NCBI GenBank assembly: GCA_965140585.1 | Contig: OZ223269.1 | Span: 96,001 to 160,000, forward strand | DNA length: 64,000 nt | From: Spirochaetia bacterium | GTDB lineage: Bacteria > Spirochaetota > Spirochaetia > UBA9216 | Reading direction: 5' to 3' | Part shown: in pieces, positions 9,610-19,416 of the stretch | Position numbering within the stretch: the first letter of the stretch is position 1 | Layout: every line of letters begins with the position of its first letter | Notes under the pieces: generated by a model | Seen by the model: the letters and a program-made list of their open reading frames with translations, nothing else | Told to the model about the DNA's origin: nothing | The model's database searches: none | Program-made: the position numbers and the translations under genes

Positions 9610-11136
9610 TCATGCTTCAGCCTTCTCCCGCTTAATCCGCTGCAGTAGTACCGAAGCCGGTTCGTAATCGGCTTCTTTTTTACACTGTTCAATCTCGGCA
9701 TCGGTAAGCAGCCTGCCCTCAAAAGCCTTCTTCAGAATGCTCTGACGCAGCGCCTCTGACTTTTCAAGCGCCTCGGCAATGCTCTGCTCAACCTTGTCGC
9801 AGACCGAAAGCCTTGATTCAATTTCACGGACTATCTGGCGTTGTTCGAGGAGGGAGGGGAGGGGGATGGGAGTCAAGGAAACATCGGTTTGATTAATGCT
9901 AGCCTGATTAACTGCATGTTTTGCAAAGCGTTTGATTTCACGAAGTCCTAATACACTTGTTAAGTAATTGGTAATATATTTAGGTAAGATTGATCGGTTT
10001 AATGATATTTTCATGATATTACTTTCAAATACGATAGAATCTTTTATTGTGTTAAAGCTACCGCATTTCCCAAGATATTCTATGCTATTCACACGATTGA
10101 TTAGTATATCCCCTTCGTTAATTTTGAACTTTTTTATTTCAGAATCACTTATTTTCACTCTCTTCAATGACGTCAAATTAGTTAAACATCCATCATAAAT
10201 ATTATCTATTCTAATGATTTCTGTTCCTTCCCCATATTCTGTACTTGGTTTATAAACTCCATTTATGGGAGAATTATTAAATAACTGACCAAAAGCCACA
10301 TAAACAGAATTTGAATGAATAATTGGTAATTCTATTTTGACAAATTCGGAGATTTCAATGTCTTTAAACCTTCTCGGCTTCCCCGGCTTCTTCCCCACTT
10401 TTCCATTATCTTCCCAATCCTTAACAGCCTTCTCCCATTCCTCGACCTGCTTTTGGTAATGGTTCTCTCTCTCCACCTTAATCTGCTCAAGCAGCTCATC
10501 CGCAGTCGGTAAATCGGTCTGCTTCTCGCGCCACTCCTTCGTCAGCTCTCCCTCAAACGCCTTCTTCAGCACCGCCTGGCGGTAAATCTTCAGCTGCTCC
10601 TTCGCAAGCTTCAGGTCTTCAATCCCCTTGTCCAAAGAGGCAAAGAGGTTCTCAATCTTTGTTACAATAGCCCTTTGGATTGGGAGGGGGGGGAGGATTA
10701 TTTTCAGATTCTCTATTTTTTTTGATGATATGTTTGGCTGTGCACCGCCATATGCATCCTTTTCAATGTCTTTTTTTAGCGAATAAAGCAGATAAAATAT
10801 AAAGCTCTTATTTAGATAATCTGAATTGAGTGGCAATATATTTCCGACTCGTTGATTTTGATATGCTTTTCCATCAGATTTGAAGATACCAAACTTACCT
10901 GTGGTAGCACCGGACATTGCAATGAGAATATCGCCTTTATTTATGATGTATGAATTATACTCAGGATTTTCTTTTATATACTTTGCATCATTTATAGATG
11001 CTTCCCAGTTATTAATATCACCTATTCTTATCACAGGTATTCCAGAATCAATATATTCCTTACTTTTAAAAGCAAAACCATTTTTAATTCTTAATACCTC
11101 CCCCAGCTCACACTCAACCCAGTCCTCCATGCTCAC
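9610..11136 (-). CDS. hsdS: Type I R-M specificity subunit
   Basis: Two TRDs, each followed by a PxP(P/S)LxxQxxIV conserved repeat. Lies between hsdR and hsdM. Confidence 0.93.
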   Translation of the reverse strand: MSMEDWVECELGEVLRIKNGFAFKSKEYIDSGIPVIRIGDINNWEASINDAKYIKENPEYNSYIINKGDILIAMSGATTGKFGIFKSDGKAYQNQRVGNILPLNSDYLNKSFIFYLLYSLKKDIEKDAYGGAQPNISSKKIENLKIILPPLPIQRAIVTKIENLFASLDKGIEDLKLAKEQLKIYRQAVLKKAFEGELTKEWREKQTDLPTADELLEQIKVERENHYQKQVEEWEKAVKDWEDNGKVGKKPGKPRRFKDIEISEFVKIELPIIHSNSVYVAFGQLFNNSPINGVYKPSTEYGEGTEIIRIDNIYDGCLTNLTSLKRVKISDSEIKKFKINEGDILINRVNSIEYLGKCGSFNTIKDSIVFESNIMKISLNRSILPKYITNYLTSVLGLREIKRFAKHAVNQASINQTDVSLTPIPLPSLLEQRQIVREIESRLSVCDKVEQSIAEALEKSEALRQSILKKAFEGRLLTDAEIEQCKKEADYEPASVLLQRIKREKAEA

Positions 11137-13937
11137 GATGCCAGTACCTCATTCAGTTCATTCATTATATCTTCCATTCCGGCGCCGAAAAGCTGGTACA
11201 TCCGGCCCCTGCCGCCGTGGGCGTCGAAAGGGTTGTAGTCCAGGTCGTCCGCTTCTATGTGATAGGAGCTTACAATATGATCTTTTATCATTCTAAGCCA
11301 GTCCATCTGCTCGGGCGTAAAGCGGTTGTGCTGCCCGGCGTTCTGGCGGAATATCCAGTTCTGAAAGTTCTCGTTGATTGTTTTATCATAGGGCTTGAGC
11401 TCTGTGTCGATGCCGCAGGTACGACGGATAAGCGATATAAGCGCTGTGAGTTCGTTTTTGGGCTGTTCGCCTTTTACCTCTTCGAGGGCGGCATATGCGT
11501 TCCAGACATAGTCGGGGGCAAGCATGGGCCGTCCGAGCTTCAGCTTTTCCATCACCTCTTTTATCATTTTGAAGGTCAGCTCCCGCCTCCTGTATGGCTG
11601 GCTGTAGAAGATGCTCAATGCCTGAATCTCGTCCTTGTTCTCTTCCAGGTATGCCTTGAAATCGGCTAGGGTCTGCTCGGCCTTTTCTATGGTGAAGCTG
11701 TCCCATTCGGATTTGGTCACGCTGTCGATGTTTATGTGGTCGATTATCTGCTCATGCTGCTTCCGAACGTTATCGATGTAGCCGTTGAGTTCTCCGTTGA
11801 AGGTTGATGCCGCCTGCCGTATCAGCTCCCGCTGTGCTTGTGCTTTTAACTCTTCAGCTTTTTTTGGTGTCCGTTCGGCCTCCGGCAGAGCATTGAGTTT
11901 TTCATCCGCAGACTTTTCTATTGCATCGGGATCAAAGGCTGCTATCAGCTCTCGTGTTATCTGCCGCAGATCCTTTCCGCCGCTGTATGTTTCAAGCTGA
12001 GCCTTTTCCTTATCGGTAATCTGTTTATCCAGGCGGATAAGCCTGTTTGCAAGCGATAAAAACAGATCTTCATCCTCATTTCCCATTGCTACAGCACCAA
12101 GCAGGTCTTTAAGGGGGATGGACGGCTTGCGCTCAAGCGGGCGGCTGTCTGTTTTTTTTGATTTGGTTGCGCCCACGGCATCCACTATAACAAAGTGGGT
12201 CTTGTGAACCGCAGTGCGTGATACAGCCTGCAGCGAATCGCTTGCTATGGTTCGGGTGCCGCGTCCCTTCATCTGTTCAAAGTAGTTGATGCTTTTGACA
12301 TCACGCATGAAAAGAAGCACCTCAAGCGGCTTTACGTCGGTTCCGGTGGCAATCATATCCACCGTTACGGCAATGCGCGGGTAGTATGAGTTGCGGAAGC
12401 GGTTTAGTACCGACTTGGGGTCTTCTTCTATCTTGTAGGTGATCTTCCTGCAGAAGTCGTTGCCCTCGTTAAACTCTTCGCGGACTATCTTTATGATGTC
12501 GTCTGCGTGGCTGTCGGTTTTGGCGAATATAAGCGTTTTGGGCACCTCATACTCACCCTTTTCATCAAGACGGCCGGGAAAGATATGTTCCTTAAGGGCC
12601 GACTTGAACTCGCGGATAATGTGGCGAATCTGGCTGGGGTTTACCACCTTTTTATCCAGATCGTTTTTTCCGTAATCGGTATCCTCGTCCTCCTGCTGCC
12701 AGCGCTTTTTGCGGGTCAGCTTGTCGCGGCGGTCGACGTACCAGCCCGCCTTTATTGTTTCTCCGCTTTTGGATATCTCGGTTTCTATTGTATAGACATC
12801 GTAGGGTACGTTGACACCGTCGGTTACCGATTCCTCGTATGTGTACTGGCTTACCACGTTCTCGTTGAAAAAGCCGAAGGTCCGCTTATCCGGCGTCGCG
12901 GTGAGGCCGATGAGAAAGGCGTCGAAGTAATCGAGCACCTGTTTCCAGAGGTTGTAGATTGAACGGTGGCACTCATCTATCACGATAAAATCAAACTGCT
13001 CTATGGGAATTCGGCTGGTATACTCAACCGGGACGGGCTCTTTTTTAGCTATTCTGTCCTGCATCCAGGTGTTTTCATTCGGGTTATCGAGCTCGGCGCT
13101 TTCATCAAGTTCCTCGCCCTTTAATATTGAATAGAGCCGCTGGATGGTTGATATGCACACCTGGGCATCCGGGGCCACATAGCTTGATGAGAGTCGCTGC
13201 ACATTGTAGAGCTCGGTGAACTTTCGGTTGTCGTCGGTGGGCTTGAATGTCATGAACTCCTGTTCCGCCTGTTCGCCGAGGTTCTTTGTATCAACAAGAA
13301 AAAGTACCCGGTTTGCCTTTGAAAACTTTAAAAGCCGATAGATGAAGGTTGCCGCGGTAAAGGTCTTGCCGGCACCGGTTGCCATCTGAATAAGAGCCCG
13401 GGGACGGTCATCCTTGAAAGATTTTTCCAGGTTTTCAATTGCCATAATCTGGGCAGAACGCAGTCCTGTATGATCTAATTCCGGCAGGTCATGAAGCCTC
13501 CCGCGAATGCTTGCTCCCTGCCTTATCCACTTCTCAATGGTTGATGGCTTATGAAAAGAGAAAACAGTTCTGCTTCTGGGTTTCGGGTCCCTGCGGTCGG
13601 TAAAGCGGGTAAGGGAGCCGGTGCTTTCATAGATGAAGGGAAGGGGCTCATTGCTTAAGTATTTAAGCTTTGCCGATGCATAGCCCTCGGCCTGGTCTTC
13701 TGCGGCAAGCAGGTGATAGCCCTCATCCTCGCGCTTAGCTTCAATTACGCCCACAGGCTTCCGCTCAACAAAAAGTACATAATCAGCAGGTCCGGCATCG
13801 GTCATATATTCCCGGACAGCTACACCCTTGCTCGCATGCAGATCGACATTGTCCTTTGACTGAACCACCCATTCGGCATTCAAAAGCATTCGATCTATCT
13901 GGTCTCTGGCTATCTGTTCCGGATTCTGATTATACAC
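11133..13937 (-). CDS. hsdR: Type I R-M restriction subunit
   Basis: ADY..VIEAK nuclease motif, MATGAGKT Walker A, DECH, TATP and QMKGRGTR. Confidence 0.95.
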   Translation of the reverse strand: MYNQNPEQIARDQIDRMLLNAEWVVQSKDNVDLHASKGVAVREYMTDAGPADYVLFVERKPVGVIEAKREDEGYHLLAAEDQAEGYASAKLKYLSNEPLPFIYESTGSLTRFTDRRDPKPRSRTVFSFHKPSTIEKWIRQGASIRGRLHDLPELDHTGLRSAQIMAIENLEKSFKDDRPRALIQMATGAGKTFTAATFIYRLLKFSKANRVLFLVDTKNLGEQAEQEFMTFKPTDDNRKFTELYNVQRLSSSYVAPDAQVCISTIQRLYSILKGEELDESAELDNPNENTWMQDRIAKKEPVPVEYTSRIPIEQFDFIVIDECHRSIYNLWKQVLDYFDAFLIGLTATPDKRTFGFFNENVVSQYTYEESVTDGVNVPYDVYTIETEISKSGETIKAGWYVDRRDKLTRKKRWQQEDEDTDYGKNDLDKKVVNPSQIRHIIREFKSALKEHIFPGRLDEKGEYEVPKTLIFAKTDSHADDIIKIVREEFNEGNDFCRKITYKIEEDPKSVLNRFRNSYYPRIAVTVDMIATGTDVKPLEVLLFMRDVKSINYFEQMKGRGTRTIASDSLQAVSRTAVHKTHFVIVDAVGATKSKKTDSRPLERKPSIPLKDLLGAVAMGNEDEDLFLSLANRLIRLDKQITDKEKAQLETYSGGKDLRQITRELIAAFDPDAIEKSADEKLNALPEAERTPKKAEELKAQAQRELIRQAASTFNGELNGYIDNVRKQHEQIIDHINIDSVTKSEWDSFTIEKAEQTLADFKAYLEENKDEIQALSIFYSQPYRRRELTFKMIKEVMEKLKLGRPMLAPDYVWNAYAALEEVKGEQPKNELTALISLIRRTCGIDTELKPYDKTINENFQNWIFRQNAGQHNRFTPEQMDWLRMIKDHIVSSYHIEADDLDYNPFDAHGGRGRMYQLFGAGMEDIMNELNEVLAS

Positions 13938-14002
13938 TTTTATCCCTTTCTCTTTGTTTTAAGAATCTTACCATAAATGGGATTACTGATGTGTAAAATT
14001 AT

Positions 14003-14386
14003 TCACCGTCCCCGTTTCTTCTCTTTCTTCTTTTTCTGCTCCAGTCTGTATTTCTCATCAGCCAGCACAAGGGCTTCATCTTTGGCATTCTTCTTACTCT
14101 CCTGCAGGTATTTCTTTTGCTCATCTTTGAATCTTGAGTATGATTTTGATATACCCCGTTCAAGCTGCTTATGTGAATAGCTTTTCTTTATATGGATTTT
14201 TTCTTCAGAGCTGTGAAACCTGAGCCTGCTGTATCTGTTCAGATAAAAATCGAGCAGATCGTTATTTGTAGGTTGAGGTCCGAATATATACCTGGCAACC
14301 TGTACCGTGCCGTTATCGGAACAGCGTTCAATAAGAGCCATCCAGAACTGGCCATCGAATAGAATTGTGGAAATAGTCTGTGTCAT
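14003..14386 (-). CDS. yjdF: YjdF (DUF2992) family protein
   Basis: TILFDGQFWMALIER...FGPQP and a basic KKKEKKRGR tail typical of YjdF. Cognate riboswitch lies upstream. Confidence 0.85.
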   Translation of the reverse strand: MTQTISTILFDGQFWMALIERCSDNGTVQVARYIFGPQPTNNDLLDFYLNRYSRLRFHSSEEKIHIKKSYSHKQLERGISKSYSRFKDEQKKYLQESKKNAKDEALVLADEKYRLEQKKKKEKKRGR

Positions 14387-14412
14387 CGTTTACCTCCGGA
14401 TATAATTCATCC

Positions 14413-14506
14413 AGAGGCAAAGACGGACATCAATTAAGATGGATACTGAATCCTGTAATAAGGACCGCCCGGACTACCTGCGGGGCCGTGTTTTTTCTTT
14501 GCCTTT
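14413..14506 (-). ncRNA. yjdF (azaaromatic-sensing) riboswitch
   Basis: Minus strand reads GGCAAAGA-AAAAACACG...GGTAGTCCGG...TCAGTA...GATGTCCG-TCTTTGCC. P1 pairs (GGCAAAGA/TCTTTGCC), the conserved yjdF segments are recognisable, and it sits just before the yjdF RBS. Confidence 0.85.
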
Positions 14507-14558
14507 TATTTGAGAATCTTGTAAAGATATATAACAAAGATGGAGATTTTTGGCAACA

Positions 14559-14909
14559 TTAAACGGTTTCTAATTGGGTAATAAACGAGCCAAGCTCCTT
14601 CTGTTCAATATCGTCCGCGGTTACAAGTTTTAAATGTCTTCTGTACTTTCCGCTTCCCTCAAGAAAGCTTTTCGGGTCCTGGAATATGAAACCCTGTGAA
14701 AACTCAACTGATATATGATACCTGCGGATGAAAATACCGCCGATATCTTTACCCTTAAACGAAAACATGATTCCGCCGTACATTATCCGTTCTGAAATAT
14801 CAGGATAAATTGAAAAGTACAATTCCCTGATTCTTTCTGCTATGACATATTTATCCGGATCTGCATCACGCAGGTTAGTTAAGAACTTTTCAACTTTTTT
14901 ATCTGTCAT
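14559..14909 (-). CDS. DUF1801 (YdhG-like) protein
   Basis: ERIMYGGIMF and LEGSGKYRRHLK motifs. Confidence 0.75.
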   Translation of the reverse strand: MTDKKVEKFLTNLRDADPDKYVIAERIRELYFSIYPDISERIMYGGIMFSFKGKDIGGIFIRRYHISVEFSQGFIFQDPKSFLEGSGKYRRHLKLVTADDIEQKELGSFITQLETV

Positions 14910-14915
14910 AAAAGC

Positions 14916-15302
14916 CTATTTAAAATACTGCTTAAACTCATCAGTGGGCTCGATATCTGTATACAGGTAAACTGAGTTGCCGATTGGATCGTTAACAGAG
15001 AACCCCCGGTCCCCCCATGGATGATCTGCAAGCGGCTCAACAGCCCTCAGCCCAAGCGATTCAAGTCTTTCATGCTGTGCATCCACATTATCTACACTGA
15101 TATTGATTGTAATCCCCTTACCGTTAAATAGCGCTTCGCCGCCCTGAGGCTGCATGAAATTAAGAATGTATTCGGATTCAAAAAGTGCAACGCTTACATA
15201 CCATCCGCAGTCAAAGGTGATTTTACCGTCAAAGTACTTCTTATAGAAATCCCTGCACTTATCAACCTTGTTAGTTTTAAAGCAGACAGACATGTTTTTC
15301 AT
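14916..15302 (-). CDS. VOC/glyoxalase family protein
   Basis: RDFYKKYF...FDCGWYV and DHPWGDRGFSVNDPIGN motifs. Confidence 0.85.
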   Translation of the reverse strand: MKNMSVCFKTNKVDKCRDFYKKYFDGKITFDCGWYVSVALFESEYILNFMQPQGGEALFNGKGITINISVDNVDAQHERLESLGLRAVEPLADHPWGDRGFSVNDPIGNSVYLYTDIEPTDEFKQYFK

Positions 15303-15370
15303 TTATTCCTTCCTTTTTTTTATGAGTAAATGTACCCCGCTTCAGGGGTGCTGTATTGTAAAAATGCGTA

Positions 15371-16057
15371 CTATGAAAAAAAGTGAGACGGCGTCATTCC
15401 AGTAAGTAGTTTAAACTCCTTTATCATATGTGACTGGTCATGATAATCAGCCGTAAGCAGCATTTTCCTGTCATTTATCAGGCTGTTGAAACGTTCTATC
15501 TGTGCAAAGCGTTTGGGAGTTTTCCCGAGAAATTGTTTGAATCTTCTTTCAAGCATCCTTCGGCTGGTCCCGGTAAGCTGTGATACTTCCTCTATACGGA
15601 TATTTCCACATGTAGAGCCTATAATCGATATCGCTTTGGCTATCTCAGGTTTAAGCCTGTATTCTTCGAAAGACGGATACAGTAATTCTGTTATATGTTC
15701 ATATGCAAAACTGCCGTCTTCCAGAAATTTTTCTCTGACATCATCAAACCCATGACTGCGGATACTGCTCAGCTCGACTACCTGATCCGAGACCAGATGC
15801 ATGTCATCCTTGATATATGCAGCAGCAAAACCTGGTTTGAAGCGTATCCCCAGAAGTTTCTGACCGGGAGGTGGGTTGTGGCTCAGATACTTGGTCATAT
15901 AGCCTGCAAACTTGACTGGCGAGCAGTCGTTTAGAGGAATTATAATGTCAGTGTTGTTGTCAGGGAATATTCTGCTGCCGGGTTTTGCGTCCTCTGAGTA
16001 CCAGATATTTTCTAAAAAATATGAGCATTCTTTAGGCGGTCGATATTCTACGTACAC
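15371..16057 (-). CDS. AraC-family regulator (DUF6597-like N-terminus)
   Basis: GIRFKPG in the N-domain and a C-terminal HTH pair (SRRMLERRFKQFLG...YHDQSHMIKEFK). Confidence 0.85.
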   Translation of the reverse strand: MYVEYRPPKECSYFLENIWYSEDAKPGSRIFPDNNTDIIIPLNDCSPVKFAGYMTKYLSHNPPPGQKLLGIRFKPGFAAAYIKDDMHLVSDQVVELSSIRSHGFDDVREKFLEDGSFAYEHITELLYPSFEEYRLKPEIAKAISIIGSTCGNIRIEEVSQLTGTSRRMLERRFKQFLGKTPKRFAQIERFNSLINDRKMLLTADYHDQSHMIKEFKLLTGMTPSHFFS

Positions 16058-16075
16058 TTTTTCCTCATGTAATTA

Positions 16076-17365
16076 TTATATACGCTTTTCTGATCTCTTG
16101 TAAAATATCTCAGCAGTCATGCATACCGCTATTATTGAGACTGCAAATACTGCTCCAAATAAATTGGCGGTGAACTGCTGTACTAAAAGGGCAGCCAGGG
16201 ATATAAGCCCGAGTATAAATCCTGATAAAGAGACAAATCGGTTTGATTTTATCTCAGCTGCTTTTCTAAAAGATGTAAGATTAACAAGGGCAAACACAAG
16301 GATGAAACCGGCGCTGCCGGCTGTTGAAATGCTTTCAAGTTTTACCGTATTTACAACTATCAGTGTAAGTCCTGATGTAATTATCAGTCCTACAGGATGG
16401 TTCCACAGTTTTCCGGTAAACTCGTGGGGCAGCTCGTCATCTTCGGCAATCTCATAGCTGACTCTGCTTCCTCCGTAGAGTGAAGCGTTTATCGCAGAAA
16501 AGGTTGATATCATTGCAGCTATTCCTATTAATGTAAACCCTAACTGCCCGAGCAAAGGACGTGCAGCTTCCGCTAATGCATAATCTTTGGCGTCTGCAAT
16601 TGACTGAAAGGGCAGTGAGCCTATGGTAACAACCGCAATAACAAGATAAAGCAGGATTACAAAAATAACTGAAATATAGTATGCCTTTGGAATATTTTGT
16701 TTTGGATTATTTACATCAGGAGATGCATTGGCTATAAGCTCAAAACCCTCATAAGCTACGAAGATAACCATTCCGCCGGTAAGAAGGCTTATTGGTTTTT
16801 TCCAGTTTGAAAGATAAAGCTGTTCAATGTTTGAACTATTCTTCAGGCCGTAAAGCCCTACTACAACGAAGGCAAGCAGAATTATCAGTTTCACAACCAC
16901 AGCATAATCTTCAATCAGTCCTACAATCTTTACACTGAAATAGTTGATTACTGTTGCTATAACAATAATTCCGGTTGCATATAAATGAAAACTGAGCTGT
17001 ACTCCCGCAGGGATCGGGATAAGGTTGGAAGCATAGGATCCGAAGGCAGATGCATACAGAGACAGCATTATGATATAGCTTACCCAAAGTAAGTTGTTAA
17101 TACCTCCGCTGAAGGCTGATTTCCCGAACCCCCGATTTATAAAGTTTACTGTTCCTCCCCGATCCGGAAATGCAATGGACATCTTTACATAACTGTGGGA
17201 AGTAAGTAATGCCAGTATCCCTGCAAACAAGAATGCAAGCGGTGTTCCTCCCTGCGCCAAGGATACAGCAAGTCCAAGAACAGCAAAAATACCGCCTCCC
17301 ACCATACCACCGACTCCTATAGCTATCAGTTCAATCAGCCCAATATCCTTATTGCTTCGTTTCAT
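16076..17365 (-). CDS. APC-family amino acid permease
   Basis: GVGGMVGGGIF TM1 motif, AYEGFE, about 12 TM. Likely start ATG 17365 after GGAG. Confidence 0.9.
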   Translation of the reverse strand: MKRSNKDIGLIELIAIGVGGMVGGGIFAVLGLAVSLAQGGTPLAFLFAGILALLTSHSYVKMSIAFPDRGGTVNFINRGFGKSAFSGGINNLLWVSYIIMLSLYASAFGSYASNLIPIPAGVQLSFHLYATGIIVIATVINYFSVKIVGLIEDYAVVVKLIILLAFVVVGLYGLKNSSNIEQLYLSNWKKPISLLTGGMVIFVAYEGFELIANASPDVNNPKQNIPKAYYISVIFVILLYLVIAVVTIGSLPFQSIADAKDYALAEAARPLLGQLGFTLIGIAAMISTFSAINASLYGGSRVSYEIAEDDELPHEFTGKLWNHPVGLIITSGLTLIVVNTVKLESISTAGSAGFILVFALVNLTSFRKAAEIKSNRFVSLSGFILGLISLAALLVQQFTANLFGAVFAVSIIAVCMTAEIFYKRSEKRI

Positions 17366-17466
17366 ATACTCTCCGAATAATCTCTCATCAGTATTATAAT
17401 AAAAAAACATTTTTTTCCCAACCTTTTCATATATTTCCCGTCGTATAATATGTGAGGTAAAAGATA

Positions 17467-18606
17467 TTGTACAATTCGGAACATATGGACAGACAGGATA
17501 CTCTTCTCAAATTCAGAGAGCTTGCCGCAAGACACCAACGCCTGCTGTACTCTATTGCGCTTTCCTATGCAGACCGGAATGATGTTGATGATATTGTACA
17601 GCAGACCTGGGAAATTGCAGTACGAAAATACCATCAGCTTGAGAATCCTGAACGGTTTGCATCATGGATAAGCCGAATCTGCAGGAACGTCATCATTGAA
17701 AATTATCGTAAAACTTCTGCGGACTCAGAGGTCTTTGAGGACGAGATTTTATACGGCTGGGATCGGCATGAAAAGCAGTACACTGAATATGAGAGTCTTC
17801 TTCGTCTTGCTATTCAGCTACTTTCTGCAGAACACCGTGACGTCGTTCAGCTTCGGTATTTTTCAGGACTCAGCTACACCGAAATTGCTGCAGTGAAAAA
17901 CCTGGAAGTAAAGACAGTAAAAAGCAGGCTTCATGAAGCCCGTCAGAAGCTGAAGGCTCATCTGAATGAACTATACATTGGTCTTGAAATCTCACAGAAA
18001 AAACTCGATAGCATGGAGGAATATGCTGTGAATGAATTGAAAAAATCACTGCTTGGGGCAGATGTCTTCTGCCGACTCTCGCTTTACAGTCAGGTGGAGC
18101 TTGTAAAGTCGGTGAAAAGTAATGCGGAACTGTCAGAAGATTTGCTGAAAGAAATCGGGAAAGTAAAGACCGGTATGGACTTTATTAAAGAGTATCATAA
18201 AATAATCACCCTGCCTGAACTTGTCGGTATACTGGCCGGCTGTGATCGTTTTACAGAAACAAGACTTGTTAATGAGCTTGAGCAGATTGATCCGGCTGCG
18301 GCTGAATTTGTAAAGCAGAACAGCTTCGTATTTGAAGATCTTGTAATTTTATCTGAAGGCACACGCCGAAGGTTATATGAAATGATTGAGCATAAAGTTC
18401 TTCTGAAGGCCATGTCAATTGTCGACAGGAAGGTAAAAAAAATCCTGCTCTCCGATTTTTCAACTGAAGAGCAGCATCTGATGATTCAGAAAATAGGTGA
18501 GGGAAGCTCTGATATTGAAGAAGTACGTAAAGCACAATTTGAAATTCTCCAGATTCTGCGCGATATGAATGAACGCAATGAGGTAGAGATTGCCGGACTG
18601 CCCTGA
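17467..18606 (+). CDS. ECF sigma-70 factor with C-terminal FliG_C-like domain
   Basis: Sigma2 (DDIVQQTW...FASWISRICRN) and sigma4 (LRYFSGLSYTEIA...TVKSRLHEARQKL), followed by FVFEDLV...EVRKAQFEILQILRDM resembling the FliG C-terminus. Confidence 0.8.
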   Translation: MYNSEHMDRQDTLLKFRELAARHQRLLYSIALSYADRNDVDDIVQQTWEIAVRKYHQLENPERFASWISRICRNVIIENYRKTSADSEVFEDEILYGWDRHEKQYTEYESLLRLAIQLLSAEHRDVVQLRYFSGLSYTEIAAVKNLEVKTVKSRLHEARQKLKAHLNELYIGLEISQKKLDSMEEYAVNELKKSLLGADVFCRLSLYSQVELVKSVKSNAELSEDLLKEIGKVKTGMDFIKEYHKIITLPELVGILAGCDRFTETRLVNELEQIDPAAAEFVKQNSFVFEDLVILSEGTRRRLYEMIEHKVLLKAMSIVDRKVKKILLSDFSTEEQHLMIQKIGEGSSDIEEVRKAQFEILQILRDMNERNEVEIAGLP

Positions 18607-18622
18607 TTAAATTGAGTGGCTT

Positions 18623-19276
18623 TTACAGCCACTCGACCTTTCCGGTAACCGGTTTTCCCTTAACTTTATCAAGTTCCTGTTTTGAATAACCAATCATACA
18701 GCCGTGAAAACCGTAGCGTCCCGTCGGAAGATCAAAGAGGCTGCAGAACTGATCGTTATTCATCATACTTTCAATCGGTGATACAAGACAGAAACCAAGC
18801 TCAAGTGCAGTTGCTTTAAGCCACATATTCTGCATAACATGGGCAAGACTCTGTCTTTCAGCCCTTCTTGCACCGGCCCATTCGGCGGCAACAACCAGAT
18901 AGGGTACCTCAGTGAATCCGGGAATCCCTTTTTCTGCAACCATCGACCACAGGCCTTTAAGAATTTTGCTGTGATCCCGGATAAACTGGTCTGATTCAAT
19001 TTCTTTATTCAGGCCTTTCAGATCTTCAAGAGACTGTTCCCTAATCAGTCTGTCAATCTCAGGAAGCTTTCCGCTTTCCCTGGGTACAACGAAGAAATGT
19101 CTGAAAACATCAATATCATCTGCAGAAACAGAGGCAAATGGAGCTTTCATACCGGCTTCTACAACGGCCTCAATCTTTTCTTTCGGCGGTATGTCTTCTT
19201 TGAATGCTCTGATTGAATGTCGAGTGGAAATTATATTATCGAGTGAATTATTATCTTCCTGTGTAAATATGCTCAT
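18623..19276 (-). CDS. Nitroreductase family protein
   Basis: TRHSIRAF FMN-binding motif and QNMWLKATALELG. Confidence 0.85.
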   Translation of the reverse strand: MSIFTQEDNNSLDNIISTRHSIRAFKEDIPPKEKIEAVVEAGMKAPFASVSADDIDVFRHFFVVPRESGKLPEIDRLIREQSLEDLKGLNKEIESDQFIRDHSKILKGLWSMVAEKGIPGFTEVPYLVVAAEWAGARRAERQSLAHVMQNMWLKATALELGFCLVSPIESMMNNDQFCSLFDLPTGRYGFHGCMIGYSKQELDKVKGKPVTGKVEWL

Positions 19277-19416
19277 ATTTAACCTTCCTTTTTAGTGTTC
19301 CATTAAATTATTCCTATATTACTTAAATAATCAACATTTAATGATGTCCGGATTTTATTTTTAGCAAAAAGATCCCAAGTATTTAATAAAATCATTTTAA
19401 AGCATATATTTAAGCT

